From Octopus sinensis (taxonomy: Eukaryota): DNA of 64,000 bases. A program made the translations under genes and the position numbers. The stretch is taken from positions 131,626,001-131,690,000 of the forward strand of contig NC_042997.1 in the NCBI RefSeq assembly GCF_006345805.1. Reading direction: 5' to 3'. Position 1 is the first letter of the stretch. Every line of letters begins with the position of its first letter. Positions 39,122 to 51,599 of the stretch are shown in pieces. The notes under the pieces were generated by a model that worked only from the letters and a program-made list of their open reading frames with translations, did not search any database and was not told the DNA's origin.

Positions 39122-39412
39122 TTTCTGACCAATTATGAGTGAATTTGATATGAACTGTGTGGTTTGAAATCGGATTGCTTATGTGTGTGTTTGTGTGTGT
39201 GAGTGAGTGAGTATGAGTGTGTGCATGCATTCTTAATTTTTTTCTCTCAACAAAAATAATAATATTGAAAAAACACTTTAGAAGACTGCGTCTTTTAGAT
39301 ACACAAGAAACCTGTTATTACCAATAACCAACAGCTGCTCATACCTTTCTTGTTCCTTCTGTTAACATGTTTGGTAAAAACAAAGGATTTTTTTCTGTTT
39401 CTTTTATGGAAG

Positions 39413-39481
39413 AATATGAGAACATTGACAATAAGTGGTGTGTCAACTGTCTTACTGAACTCCAAAATGATAAAACAGATG
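39413..39481 (+). CDS. candidate 69-nt cassette exon (EYENIDNKWCVNCLTELQNDKTD), phase 1->1
   Basis: TTTTTTCTGTTTCTTTTATGGAAG acceptor, ATG|GTTAAA weak donor, frame compatible with exon C. Confidence 0.3.
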
Positions 39482-39603
39482 GTTAAACCAACTGTAGTCC
39501 TAATAGTTCAGGCACATAGATATATACACACACACATATACATACAGATAGCACATATATATAAACATAGTCAGAACCATAGATAGTTGCATTTATAAAA
39601 CTA

Positions 39604-39987
39604 CTAGCAGTATCGCCCGGCGTTGCTCAGGTTTGTAAGGGAAATAACTATAAAGCATTTTTAGAGAGTTATAGCCAAAAAATAGCAAAAAAATGGAAAA
39701 AAAATGATGGTAAATTTTTTTTTTAGTTAAAAAAGGTGGAGTTGTGTCCCCTAGACAGTTTGCGGTTTGTGTTTCTGATTCTCAACCCCATGTCGAATTT
39801 ATCGATTTTTTTCAGAACTGGGGGAACTTTTCAAAATTTTCGCTGCGTTAGTTTTGAATTATGACATTGGGCTATGTGTGTGTCAAGTTTCATCAGAATC
39901 GGTTGAAAGCCGTGGTCAGGGTGAGGGTACAAGCAAACAGACACACAGAAACACGCACAGACAAACTGCCGTTTATATATAGAGAGA
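39604..39987 (-). mobile_element. non-autonomous Helitron
   Basis: Minus strand A|TCTCTCTATATATAAAC ... GC-rich CCTGAGCAACGCCGGG hairpin ... CTAG|T: 5' TC, 3' CTAG, AT target, no TSD. Confidence 0.85.
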
Positions 39988-40510
39988 TTTTTGAGCTAGT
40001 ATTATAATAATGCTGCAGAAGAGAATGTGACATTTTCTAGCAAATCCCCATTTAATTGAAACACATTAGTTTGAGTTATTTTTTACTGCTAGCAACTATA
40101 AATTTACTAGAGAGACAAATACAACAGCAATGATAATAATAACAACTATATCTCTTTATGTCAAGGCAACATTATAAAATATCAGATACTAAATAGGGTG
40201 TGCCATAGATTACAAATGGTAAGAAATATTAGAATAATAATCATCATCAACAACATCACCATCATCATCATCATCATCATTCTGATGTCCACATTTCCAT
40301 GTTTGCATGGATCTGAAGGAATTTGTTGAAGCAGATTTCATATGGCTAGGTGCCTTTCTTGTCACCAACCTTCACCAGTTTTAAGCAAGGTTATACTTTT
40401 CCATAGTTGAATGTTCTTTGAGCCACTTCTTCACTACAGTTCTCACTTCCTTGTCACTGGGAGAATGTTTGCCTCTCAAACCCTCTTTCATGAGGCCGAA
40501 GAGATGATAG

Positions 40511-40664
40511 TATTTTTTATTTTTTTTATTTTATCTAGTTTCAGCTCACGAGCTGTGGCCATGCTGGGGCACCGCCATTGAAGAAATAACTTGACCACGA
40601 CGAGACTCGAACTCACAATCTTCTGATTCGAAGTCAGACGCCTTATCCATTAGGCCATGGCACT
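40511..40664 (-). mobile_element. minimal tRNA-Arg(TCG)-headed SINE or tRNA retro-chimera
   Basis: tRNA D, anticodon and T arms followed by GGCGGTGCCCCAGCATGGCCACAG...CTGAAAC tail and A-rich end. Confidence 0.7.
40592..40664 (-). pseudogene. tRNA-Arg(TCG) pseudogene (SINE head)
   Basis: TGGCCTAATGGATAAGGCGTCTGACTTCGAATCAGAAGATTGTGAGTTCGAGTCTCGTCGTGGTCA; anticodon arm perfect, but the 5' acceptor strand AGTGCCA cannot pair with CGTGGTC. Confidence 0.75.
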
Positions 40665-40971
40665 AAATTGCTATAATCTAAAGTATTGTCCTCAAAGAGA
40701 TTTTCTAATTGTCGGTGAATGTTGCCACCCAGCAACAAGAAATTCAATCACTGCTCTTTGTTTTTGATGTCACTCTAAGGGGGCAGCCATTTTGAATTTT
40801 CGTTACCAGTTTAAAAACCTGAAAAGTAAGAAACAAAATATTTCAGAATATAAATGATATAATCATTTATTACTGGCAAAATTTTCAGTTATTTTTATCA
40901 AAAGCTTCACATGAAGTAAAGAAAATGGCATTACTTTTTGACTCACCCTCATACGTGCAGACTGGCACACA

Positions 40972-41028
<57 letters not shown>

Positions 41029-42704
41029 TGTTTCAGTCATTGAACTGCAGCTATGTTGGGGCACTACCTTGAAGGATTTGTTCAAATAAGCCTAGTACTT
41101 ATTCTATCGGTCTCTTTTGCTGAACCGCTAAGTTACGGAGACGTAAACACACCAGCATCGGTTGTCAAGTGATGTTGGGGGGACAAACATAGACACACAA
41201 ACTTAGCTTTTAAGTTTGGTACTTATTTGGTTGGTCTCTAGCCAAACTTCTAAGTTATTGGAACATAAACAAACCAACACTGTCTGTCAAGTTATGGTGG
41301 GGACAAACACAAAAAAGACACATACACAATGGGTTTCTATATAATTTCTTTCTATTAAATCCATTCACACAGTATTGGTTGATCTGAGGCTGTTGTAGAA
41401 GACACTTGCTCAAAGTACTGCAGAGTGAGACTGAACCCAGTACTATGTCACCGGGAAGCAAACTTCTTACCACACAGCCATACCTGCAAATATATGCATA
41501 AATAAATAATTTCTCTTCAAAGCATAAAAGAAAGGCCAGACTATAAAAAACAGGAACAACCTGTGTTTAGTATTGGTATTATTGGTTGCGGGTATGGTGG
41601 AGATGTCGACATTGGTTGTTGTTGGTGATTGGGTGTGGTAGGAGTGATGATGTTGTTTGGGAGTGGTGCTATTGATTAGAACTGGTGCCAATGTTTGGTT
41701 CATAGCAATGGTGATATAGGATTGTTGTTTAGCCCTAGGATAGGTTTGATCATGCAGAGCTTTGATCATAACCTTCCCAATCATAACCATCCTGTTTGAT
41801 TTTGTGAAACATATTCTTTTACTTGTTTTCAAAGAGGGAAATTTAGCTGCTATTTCCAGTAATTTAAGAAACCATGCAGAGGATTTCATGTTTGTTCCAG
41901 TGACTAATGGTTGGGTGTGGTGGCCATGATGTGTTAGGGGATATTAATTGTGTGTTTTATTATTTCACCTTTCTTTTTCCTTATTTCTTTCTGTCTTTAT
42001 ATCTATCTCTTTCTCTTGGCTGTGTCTTTCTTTCCTTCCTTACTTTCGCTTTTTATTTCTCTCTACTTTATCTCTTCCTTCTCTACTATCTTCCTCCAGC
42101 TTTCTTACTTTCTTCTTCTTTTCATTTCATTTTTTTAAAAAAATTCTTTAGACCTTCTTTTATATTATTCTCATTTTCTCTCTTGATAATTATCCTTTGT
42201 TTTATATTCACTACCACTACTACCACCACCACCACCACTACCAATACATGTACTTGTATCATGTTAACATCAGCTTTATCCCTTCCATTTTCTTCCAACC
42301 TCCTTCTTACTTTTTCACATTCTTGTTATTTTCCTTTTATCCTTCTTCACTTTCTCTTTACATCTCTCTTTCTCATTCTCTATCCCTCATTCCTTTAACA
42401 CTTCTTCCCTTGTTTACATTTTATTTATTCATCCAGTTCCTTTTTTTTGTGTGTGTCATAGCTGTTTCCCTTAATTTTCACTCCTTTTTACCTCTAATGA
42501 ACAAATAATTATAATAATAATATAAAGACCCGAAAGTGGAAATAACCATATTGTGAAAGATTGAAGGCAGAAACCATCCCAATTATAAATAAAAGGTACT
42601 TTAGGAATTGAAACAACCAAAAAAGATGCTGAGTAATACATAACCAAAGCTCCAGACCTTAAAAACATAACAACATAGAGAAGTATCACTGCTACATACA
42701 CATA

Positions 42705-43829
42705 TACTGTATATACTCATGTAAAAGTCGAATGTTTTAGACCATTTTTTAAGGTCAAATTTATGGGGTCGACTTACATGGATACTACTTTTGAGGGGCT
42801 GAAATTCAAGCTAGAATGTGATGCACCGTATCAACAGCAGAAGCCCGACTGACTTTTAAGTGAATAAAAACAAAAGCACAATGAATTTCAGTAATATTAC
42901 CAATTTTATACATCAAAATACGTGTCCTAATAAATAACAAAATTTATAAACAAGACCATGTAGCTCTCATGTGCAGTTACCAGTAAATGTCCATAATGTG
43001 GTGTAGAGTTGTTAATCTGGAGCAGAGACTCCCAAAATGTGTTCTGCAAAATCTCAGGATTCCTTAAAAGTTATCAGGGGTTCCATGCTTTTAAAAATAA
43101 TGCTAAAGGATTCCGTGGCAAAAAAAAGTTTGGGAACCACTGATCTAGCGATTAACTAAATGTTTTTAGGCTTACAAAAGTCATGCCTTTGTACAAACTC
43201 ATACAGTGGTATTTGCTGTTAGTCTGTGACACACGTTTCGTATCATGTAAACAGACAAGCATATGAAGCATGTGTTTATTGTATTTGGAGATGAGTAAAA
43301 TATAAAGGTCGCATGGGAACCACTGATCCAGCGATTAATTGAATGTTTTTAGACTTACCAGAGTCGTGCCTTTGTACGAATTCAGACAGTAGCATTTGCA
43401 AGTGTTCGCCAATAGTGCTATCAGTGTAAACAACGAGTATGATGCATGTGTTTATTGTGCTTCAAGATGTATGCAAAGCTTGCAGCATATCCTGTGCATA
43501 CATTTTAGTAATGGTAATGTAGCTTCCATCAACAGATGTATAGCGCTCACTGGTAAATGGTGTTTTACTATAAGCACTGAGCGTTCCATTGTAATTTACT
43601 AAGCTTTCCACCTATAGAGCAGGCTACAGTAAGGTAGCCACACAATTTTATGACAGTGCTATTTCTACTACAGGATAATATGGTATCTTGGCCCACAAAT
43701 GTTGTCCTGTTGTTTGTGAAATACTAGGGTTGACTTTTATATGGGGTCTATGGAAACTTCCCAATTTTTTGGCCAAAAACAAGGGTCGACTTTTACATGA
43801 GATTGACTATTTCATGAGTATATACGGCA
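42705..43829. mobile_element. pogo/Tc2-like non-autonomous DNA transposon
   Basis: TACTGTATATACTCATGTAAAAGTCGA / CATGAGTATATACGGCA inverted termini, with subterminal GGGTCGACTT repeats. Confidence 0.7.
43023..43142. mobile_element. hAT (Charlie-like) MITE nested in the pogo-like element
   Basis: CAGAGACTCCCAAA ... TTTGGGAACCACTG (CAGTGGTTCCCAAA-type TIR). Confidence 0.6.
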
Positions 43830-44028
43830 TATATTATATAGAGTACTTTCAATGCAGTAGAACGCACATACACAAAAGAACAGTTCTCATACTTAAGTCA
43901 TACTGACATCCTTTTGGTTGTTTTGGTGGAGCATGCAAAAAAAAAAAAATTAAATTACTGGAAAGTAATAAGAATAATTTATTCCATTGAAACAATAGGG
44001 TCTTCCATAAATTTGTAAAATGGCTTGA

Positions 44029-44254
44029 TTAACCCTTTAGCACTTAAACCGGTTGTATCCAGCTCAAATATTCAACCTGTTTTTATATTCAATTTGGCCA
44101 AATCCAGCCTCTCACACATATCCTACAATGTCATTCTGAAAAATAAACAATTATATTGTCAGAATCTCAAAGTTATGAGATAAGGTAGTATTAATTCAAG
44201 ACAATGTGAATAAATATTATATTTGACAGATTAACCTGAATACTAAAGGGTTAA
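44029..44254. mobile_element. piggyBac-like MITE family 1 (opposite orientation)
   Basis: TTAA-CCCTTTAGCA...TACTAAAGGG-TTAA. Confidence 0.85.
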
Positions 44255-45039
44255 ACTATTTATGGATCTTGAATTTTACACAATATTTACAAAGTATTTG
44301 TAATGTCTTCTTTGTCACAAACTATTAAATATTTTGAATCTAAAGAGCATAAAGAAGAATTTTATTCATTGTAAGCGCAGGCATGGATGAATGATTAAGT
44401 TTGCTTTCCAGACCCATGGTTTCAGGTTTAGTCTTACTGCAAAGCACTTTGGGCAAGTGTCTTCCACCATATCCCTGGGCTGGTCAGAGCCTTGTAAATG
44501 GATTTGAGAGACAGAACCTTAAAGAAACCCACTGTATAAACACGCTTACACATATGTGTAGGTGTGTGTGTATGTGTGCTTGCACACACACACGCACACG
44601 CACACACACGTCTCGGCATCAATATTATACAAGTATATTGTTTGTTTGCAGTCAACATCCCTGGTCTTACCGGGAAACAGGTGAGGGTTGGTGACAGGAA
44701 GGGCATTTATCCATAGAAAATCTGCTTCAATGTATTCTGTCTGACCCATGCAAGCATAAATAAGTAAATGTTAAAGTAATGATGATAATGAAATTATCCG
44801 AGAGGTATGGCTTTTGATTTTTTGAGGTCAACTCCTTGATATAGCAGAAAGTAAGCCTGAGGTCAAATTTGCAACAAATTCATAGTCTTGTGAATCAACA
44901 CTTACAGGTGATCTACAACTGAAAATGCTATTGTGAACAAGTGCACCATCAGTTGCAACCATTGGTGAACTGTCTGAGAGCTAATTCTGAAAAAGTCATG
45001 GGTTCTGGCTTTCCTTCCTCGAATACTCTCTGGTGTTAA

Positions 45040-45271
45040 GGCGGTGAGCTGGCAGAAACGTTAGCACGCCGGGCGAAATGCGTAGCCGTATTTCGTCTGC
45101 CACTACGTTCTGAGTTTAAATTCCGCCTAGGTCGACTTTGCCTTTCATCCTTTTGGGGTCGATTAAATAAGTACCAGTTATGCACTGGGGTTGATATAAT
45201 CGACTTAATCCGTTTGTCTGTCCTTGTTTGTCCTCTCTGTGTTTAGCCCCTTGTGGGTAGTAAAGAAATAG
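45040..45271 (+). mobile_element. SINE family 4 with target-site duplication
   Basis: GAATACTCTCTGGT occurs at 45021 and 45271, flanking the element, consistent with target-primed reverse transcription. Confidence 0.9.
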
Positions 45272-45500
45272 AATACTCTCTGGTATAAAAAAAGGAGTCA
45301 AGAGAGATAAGTAGAAGAAACTCCAGTGAAAGAGGAAAAGGAAGATGATCTCAGGATGCTGAACCTCATGAAGGAGATAAACAAGGGGGTTTACAACAAG
45401 TGACTGAAGGGTTGTGAGGGAGTAAACCCATCCAACATTTACCAATGTAGTAAAAAATAGATGGAGGAGGAGGAGGATTTGTGTTCTACCATGAATATTT

Positions 45501-45879
45501 GTGGTAGTGTAATGGCCCAGTGGTTAGGGCAGCAGACTTGTGGTCATAGGATCGTGGTTTCAATCCCCAGGCTGGGCGTTGTGAGTGTTCATTGAGCAAA
45601 AACACCTAAAGCTCTACGAGGCTCTGGCGGGGTGGTGGTGAACCCTGCCATACTCTTTCACCACAACTTTCTCTCACTATTTCTTTCTGTTTCTGTTGTA
45701 CCTGTGTTTCAAAGGGGCCAGCCTTGTCACACTGTGTCAGGCTGAATCTCCCCAGTGAACTATGTTAAGGGTACATGTGTCTGTGGAGTACTCAGCCACT
45801 TGCACGTTAATTGCACGAGCAGGTTGTTCCGTTGATTGGATCAACTGGAACCCTCGTTGTCACAACTGACGGAGTGCCA
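45501..45879 (+). mobile_element. SINE family 3, full length
   Basis: TGGCCCAGTGGTTAGGG A box, GTTTCAATCCC B box, ends GACGGAGTGCCA; copy at 59418. Confidence 0.85.
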
Positions 45880-46465
45880 TGACAGCATGAATATTTGTTT
45901 AGGCTCGGGGAAAGTAACAGGAAGTCACTCAAAATTATCTTCTCTTCAGCTACAACAGTTTAAATAATCTTTTGTTGCTTAGCCATAGGTCTGTTCTGAA
46001 CAAGCAGAGCTTCATTTGTTAATGTTTTGATAGTTATCACACTGAATGAAGACTGGAAATAAATGAAAAGAGAAAGAAAAGAAAAGAAAATATTTCCAGG
46101 TGTTAAATAATGTCAGCTGCCATAAATCTGTGTTTACCAAGTCAATAAAAGCATATGAATCTTGATAAACAAATAAGTTATGGCACCCAGATGGGTCTAA
46201 TAAACAGTAACAGGTAAAAAATTTGGAGAAATCAGTTCTTTATAGCTTAAAGATAATTTCATGTACTTATGATATTTTCTTCCCATATTTTTTAAAAAGG
46301 AAAGCATTTAAATATATATGTATTTATTATTTATATGTTGTAACTAATGTGGCTAGATGTTTATGTGAGTTAAAATATATACACTCACAGTATTGAAGAA
46401 TGTAGTATGTGTGTGTCTGTGTGTGTATATTATATATACATCATCATCATCATCATCATGTATAT

Positions 46466-46607
46466 ATAAGTAGCTTGCTTATGAACCACATGGTTCCGGG
46501 TTCAGTCCCACTGCGTGGCACCTTGGGCAAGTGTCTTCTACTATAGCCTCGGGCTGACCAAAGCTTTGTGAGTGGATTTGATAGAGGGAAACTGAAAAGA
46601 AGCCATC

Positions 46608-46660
<53 letters not shown>

Positions 46661-46873
46661 CGTATGTTTGTGCGTCTGTTTGTCCCCCTACCCCAACATC
46701 TCTTGACAACTGATGCTGGTGTGTTTACGTCCCCGTAACTTAGCAGTTTGGCAAAAGAGACCGATAGAATAAGTACTAGGCTTACAAATAATAAGTCCTG
46801 GGGGCGATTTGCTTGAGTAAAGGCGGTGCACCAGCATGGCCACAGCAAAATGACTGAAACAAGTAAAAGAGAT
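46466..46873 (+). mobile_element. SINE family 1, 5'-truncated, long internal (TA)n
   Basis: Collinear with other copies. Confidence 0.9.
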
Positions 46874-47019
46874 ATATATTCTATGATACACATAAAAAGA
46901 TGATATTTTTTCAAATGCAGAGTTGCTGTTAGAACAGCAGAAGTACTGGGTAAATTATCCTTACAAGGTGGAAAGATTTGTCAACAACCACCCATGGTTA
47001 CTCTCTCACTCAATAATAA

Positions 47020-47640
47020 TAATAATAATAATAATAGTAGTAAATGCCCTGATGCAGTACCATGCAGTGGCTCTAATGGCTTCTGATCTTAACTGATTGG
47101 AAGTGTTATCATGTACATTGTTTTGTCTTGGCATAAAAAGATGGGCTACAGCAAATATTCTGCTCAATACCACAGATTTGCTTGTCAGTTGTTTGACCTT
47201 AACCAGTTGAGCATGTCCCTTAGTGGCTGACGATATGTGCATCTCTGATCATGAGCAGAAGTAGTGGGGGAGCATCATAGCCATGTGTTGAGAGGGATTC
47301 TTTGATGTTTGGATAATTCACCTCTGGAAACATGGGTGTTTCGTTCAACATCCTTAAACAACCCTCATTCAGGGACCTTTTGAGTGGAATGGGTTACTCG
47401 ACCAGAAGAAAATTCAAACTGGGCCCTACCTGCAAGGTCATGCGCTGTTTATCTTGATATGAGATCACCATGTCGCGCACTTATGGTTGTGATGCATGTG
47501 CCTGGTGCACGCTTATTAGACGGGTAGTCATGATGGGTATACTGGGCTTCGTATATTTTACCTCAGTGTCACTTTGATGGCATGCACTGCTCTCTCACTC
47601 AATAATAATAATAATAATAATAATAATAGTAACAACAACA
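47020..47640 (-). mobile_element. repeat family 5, longest copy, bounded by (AAT)n
   Basis: Reference copy for the 3311 and 20365 elements. Confidence 0.85.
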
Positions 47641-47849
47641 ACATAAGTTTAAAACACCTCAAAATGTATGCCATGATGTATTCATGTTAATATGCAAGAA
47701 TTTGTGACAATTGATGAAGTGAAAACAAGATGGTGGCATGCCATGTGATGTATTATGTTACTACTATGTGTCATCCTTTTCTCTATCTCAACACTCCTGC
47801 ACATATTTAGGACATAATCCTCTACCGTATCCTCTTAAGTCTTGGACAG

Positions 47850-48100
47850 CAAGCATTTACAACATTCAAACTCCATGCAAATACTGGGCCTTACAATCTC
47901 TGATGATCTCTCCTGGCAAATTCACATTTTATAACCTGGTAAAATCTGTACTCCATTGACTAACTTCCCTCTATAGGGTCAGAAATTGCTTCAACCCTCC
48001 TGATAGTCACTGATACTTTACCAATCCCAAGTAAAATCCTCACTTGAATATTGGTCCCGTATCTGATATAACATTGCTATACACACAAACATTCTAGGTG
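47850..48100 (+). pseudogene. L2/CR1-group LINE RT relic
   Basis: MQILGLTISDDLSWQIHI...SLYRVRNCFNP..LILYQSQVKSSLEYWSRI*, matching the LG+TI..DLSW..HI and LY...R..LEY...W motifs. Confidence 0.75.
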
Positions 48101-48454
48101 ACATCTGAAAGAATGTCTTTCTACTTATTTAGCAAATGTTCAGTTACCAACATATTACAAACTCAACCCTTCAAATGCACTGCTTTTATCTTTTATGTGT
48201 TTCAGTGTGGCCTTGCTGAGGCACTGCCTTAAAGAACTTTTTTTTGTTGAACAACTTGACCTCACTACTTATTTTTAAGCCTGTTACTTATCCTATCGTT
48301 CTCTTGCTGAACCGCTAAGTTACAGGAATGTAAACACACCAGCAGCAGTTTTCAATGGTGGTAGGAGACAAACAGATGCAAAAAACTACTCACATACTCA
48401 CACACTTACATATATATATATGATGGGCTTCTTTCAGTTTCTGTTTATGTGTGC

Positions 48455-48513
<59 letters not shown>

Positions 48514-48517
48514 TAGT

Positions 48518-48853
48518 GAAGGCACATGGCTCAGTGGTTAGAGTGTTGGACTCAGATTCATAAGGTAGTGAGTTCAATCTCCAGACTGGACTGTGTGTTG
48601 TGTTCTTGAGCAAGACACTTTATTTCACATTGTTCCAGTTCACTCAGCTATAGAAATGAGTTGTGACATCACTGATGCTAAACTGTATTGGCCTTTGCCT
48701 TTCTCTTGGAGAATATCGGTGTTGTGCAGAGTGGAGGCTGGTATGCATGGGTGGCTGCTGGTCTCCCATAAACAACCTTGCCTGGACTTGTGCCTCAGAG
48801 TGGAACTTTCTGGTTAGGATCCCATGGTTATTCATAACTGAAGGAGTTCCTTT
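48518..48853 (+). mobile_element. SINE family 2
   Basis: Collinear with 854-1183. Confidence 0.85.
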
Positions 48854-49010
48854 ACCTTATACAGTTTCTGCCTATTAGTAAATTCACTCACAAAGCATTG
48901 GTTGGCTTGGGGCTATAGTAGAAAACACTTCCTCAAAGTACTGCACAGTGGGACTGAACCTGAAACCACGTGAGCTTCTTAACTGCTCAATCAGTCCTTT
49001 CTCTATAGAG

Positions 49011-49048
49011 GTGGGTGTACATTACAACCCTCTGTAATGTACGCCCAC
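49011..49048 (+). promoter_or_regulatory. 16-bp RNA stem-loop just upstream of a 3' splice site
   Basis: GTGGGTGTACATTACA-ACCCTC-TGTAATGTACGCCCAC (15 Watson-Crick pairs plus 1 G-U). Confidence 0.55.
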
Positions 49049-49076
49049 CCTCTCATGTTTTTTATTTTCCTTGCAG

Positions 49077-49210
49077 ATTTTAACTTAGAGAAATTCACAC
49101 GAAGCATATCAGTCTCTTCAGTCTCAGGGACCTTACATGTCTCGCGATTAAGCCATAAAATGACAATAAATAAAGGGATAAACAGAACCATTCCACCCAG
49201 TCGGGTATAA
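49077..49210 (+). CDS. candidate last coding exon (DFNLEKFTRSISVSSVSGTLHVSRLSHKMTINKGINRTIPPSRV*), phase 1
   Basis: CTCTCATGTTTTTTATTTTCCTTGCAG acceptor; 43 open codons in the frame set by exon C; ends S-R-V; followed by ~400 bp repeat-free sequence. Confidence 0.65.
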
Positions 49211-51599
49211 GATAGACACCCTCTTATTTTCCTTTGATAACCTGTTGCCACTTTACTTGTCCAGTGCACAGTTTAATGCAGATGTTGTTTATTATTTTTC
49301 CAAGAATGCATTCTGGCATGTTTATAATTGGAACAAAGGAAATGCTTATTCCGAGAGAAGTTGTGTCGCTATCTGAGTCAGTTTTGAATCAATATAGGTG
49401 TGTTTGGAACAGAATTAACTACTGGTCAAATCTCTTTTTTTTTGCTTGTCTTGTATATTTTTCTGTTGTTTTGTTCTATGTTTGTCTTATTATTCTTATC
49501 AGTAAGAACAAACCTCTCTCATTTGGTTCCATGTTGTCTTATCTGCAAAATTTGATAGTAAATTTGAAAGGAACCATTGAATTATAAGACTTGTGTGTGT
49601 ATATCTATGTATATATGTATATGTATATATGTGTGTGTATATATATATATATATCATCATCATCATCGTTTAACGTCAGCTTTCCATGCTAGCAAGAATT
49701 AGGCTTGGTTTCTACAGAATTAAACATGTCAACACAATCTTTGTTCCACCCTTTTACTCACTCACGCATGCTGTATACTCGTGTATGCAATTACACACAC
49801 ATACTTCCACACATATGCACATGCATGAATTGTTCTTTTCGTTGATTAAGCCCACAAGCCTTAGTTAGCTCTTTTTTTATACCATTATTATTTTTTTTAT
49901 TGTTTAGCCCCAGGTCATCCCTGACTAAGCAGGCTTATGGTCAAAGGCATTCTAGCAATAACAGTTCCCTTCTTTTCTACTCTAGGCACAAGGCCCAAAA
50001 TTTTAGATTAGATTGACCCCAGTATGCAATTGGTACTTAATTTATCGATCCCAAAAAGATGAAAGGCAGAGTTGACCTTAACGGAATTTGAACTCAGAAC
50101 GTAAAGACAGGCAAAATACCACTAAGCATTTTGCCTGGCATGCTAACGTTTCTGCCTGCTCACCACCTTATAACAGTTCCATTCAGTCTTCTATTAGGCA
50201 TTATATTTCTAGAACTATATCATTCACTATGTATCTCCCCGACCACTTTTATTAATATCATAAGGTTTATTTTGAAGGAGATATGCCTGCTATTACTATT
50301 AGTATGAGTAAATGCATAGAGACTCCAACCAAGTTGGAGTGCCACAGTGTCACCTCAGATTTACTATACAACCATATACCTATATTTGATGGCATATAAG
50401 ATACATTTTTCTTCAAAAAAAATGCTTAAAAAAAACATCACTCTGGGTCATATAGGCGAAGCTTGACTTCTATTACATGCTTTAATGCACTAAAAGCATT
50501 TTTCTTGAATGCATGCTGTTGAAACTGGGGTGCAACTAATGTGCCCATACATCTTTTATGCCTTGGTATGCTTTGTGCGTTGATGATATGTTTGGACTTT
50601 GATGGATCAATTCTATCCTTTGTACGTCATCATCAGCCTTGGGACCTTATTGTTTTGAGTCTTAAGACCCATAGGACCTAGTTTCTATCACATAGGACTG
50701 AGATCCCAAATTTCCCACTGTACAGGATGCCAGTCCATCATAGATTATTCATTTACAGCTGATTATTCATTTACTGCAGCAATGTAAAATGAATTGCTTT
50801 ACTTAAGAACAACACACCACCCTTGTCTGAGAATCAAAAACATTATCTTGTGGTTGTGAGTGCAATACCCTAACTTTTTGGTCATATGCTATCCTTTGTA
50901 TAGATGCACTTATAATTTTAGTGTCTTAGATTTTTGTGCCATTCTGACTTAATCATCATCAATAATCTTAGTAAATCCTGTATTCTCAGGATTTCAGTTT
51001 TGTCTGACCCCAGATCATCTTTGATCCAGCTGTCCTATAATCCAAGTCATTTAAATCATCACCACTGGTATTGCATTACCTGATATGGAGAACACATGGT
51101 TTGGTTTCGGTTCCAGGTTGAAACCATTTCACATCAATTTCATCACTAATTCTTATACAACATTATTAAAACTGTTATTTTGTTGAATATTGGGTCTTTG
51201 GATTTTCTTATGCCAAATTCCAAAAATTGGTCATCAATACCTTAAATTAGGTCTCTTATCTAAAAAAAAAAACAAACTGATTTAATGCTTCTTATTTTAA
51301 TGGTAGATTATATGATGGAAAATCTTGAAAGTAAAAGCTGTCAGCTGTTTCAACCAACCGTCATGTTGCCTCCTCTTTCTTCTCAACATCATCATCATCA
51401 TCATTTAATATCTGGCTTGCATGCTGGCATCACTTGGATGGTGTGACAGATAGGAGGACTGCATCATGTACCAATGTCTACTTTGGCATGGTTTCTATGA
51501 CTGAATGCCCTTCTCAGTGCCAACCGCTTTACAGAGTGCACTGGGTGCTTTTTATGGCACCAATCCTAGTTATAATAACTTCAGAACTTGCAAGGCTAA

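Noticed and set aside
40592-40664. Functional tRNA-Arg gene
   Set aside because: Acceptor stem cannot pair; followed by a SINE tail rather than a T-run terminator.
40885-40951. Complete mariner element
   Set aside because: Only one TIR-like end (TATGAGGGTGAGTCAAAAAGT) found.
44824-44847. 24-nt in-frame microexon before GTAAGC
   Set aside because: Requires a GAG acceptor with a poor tract.
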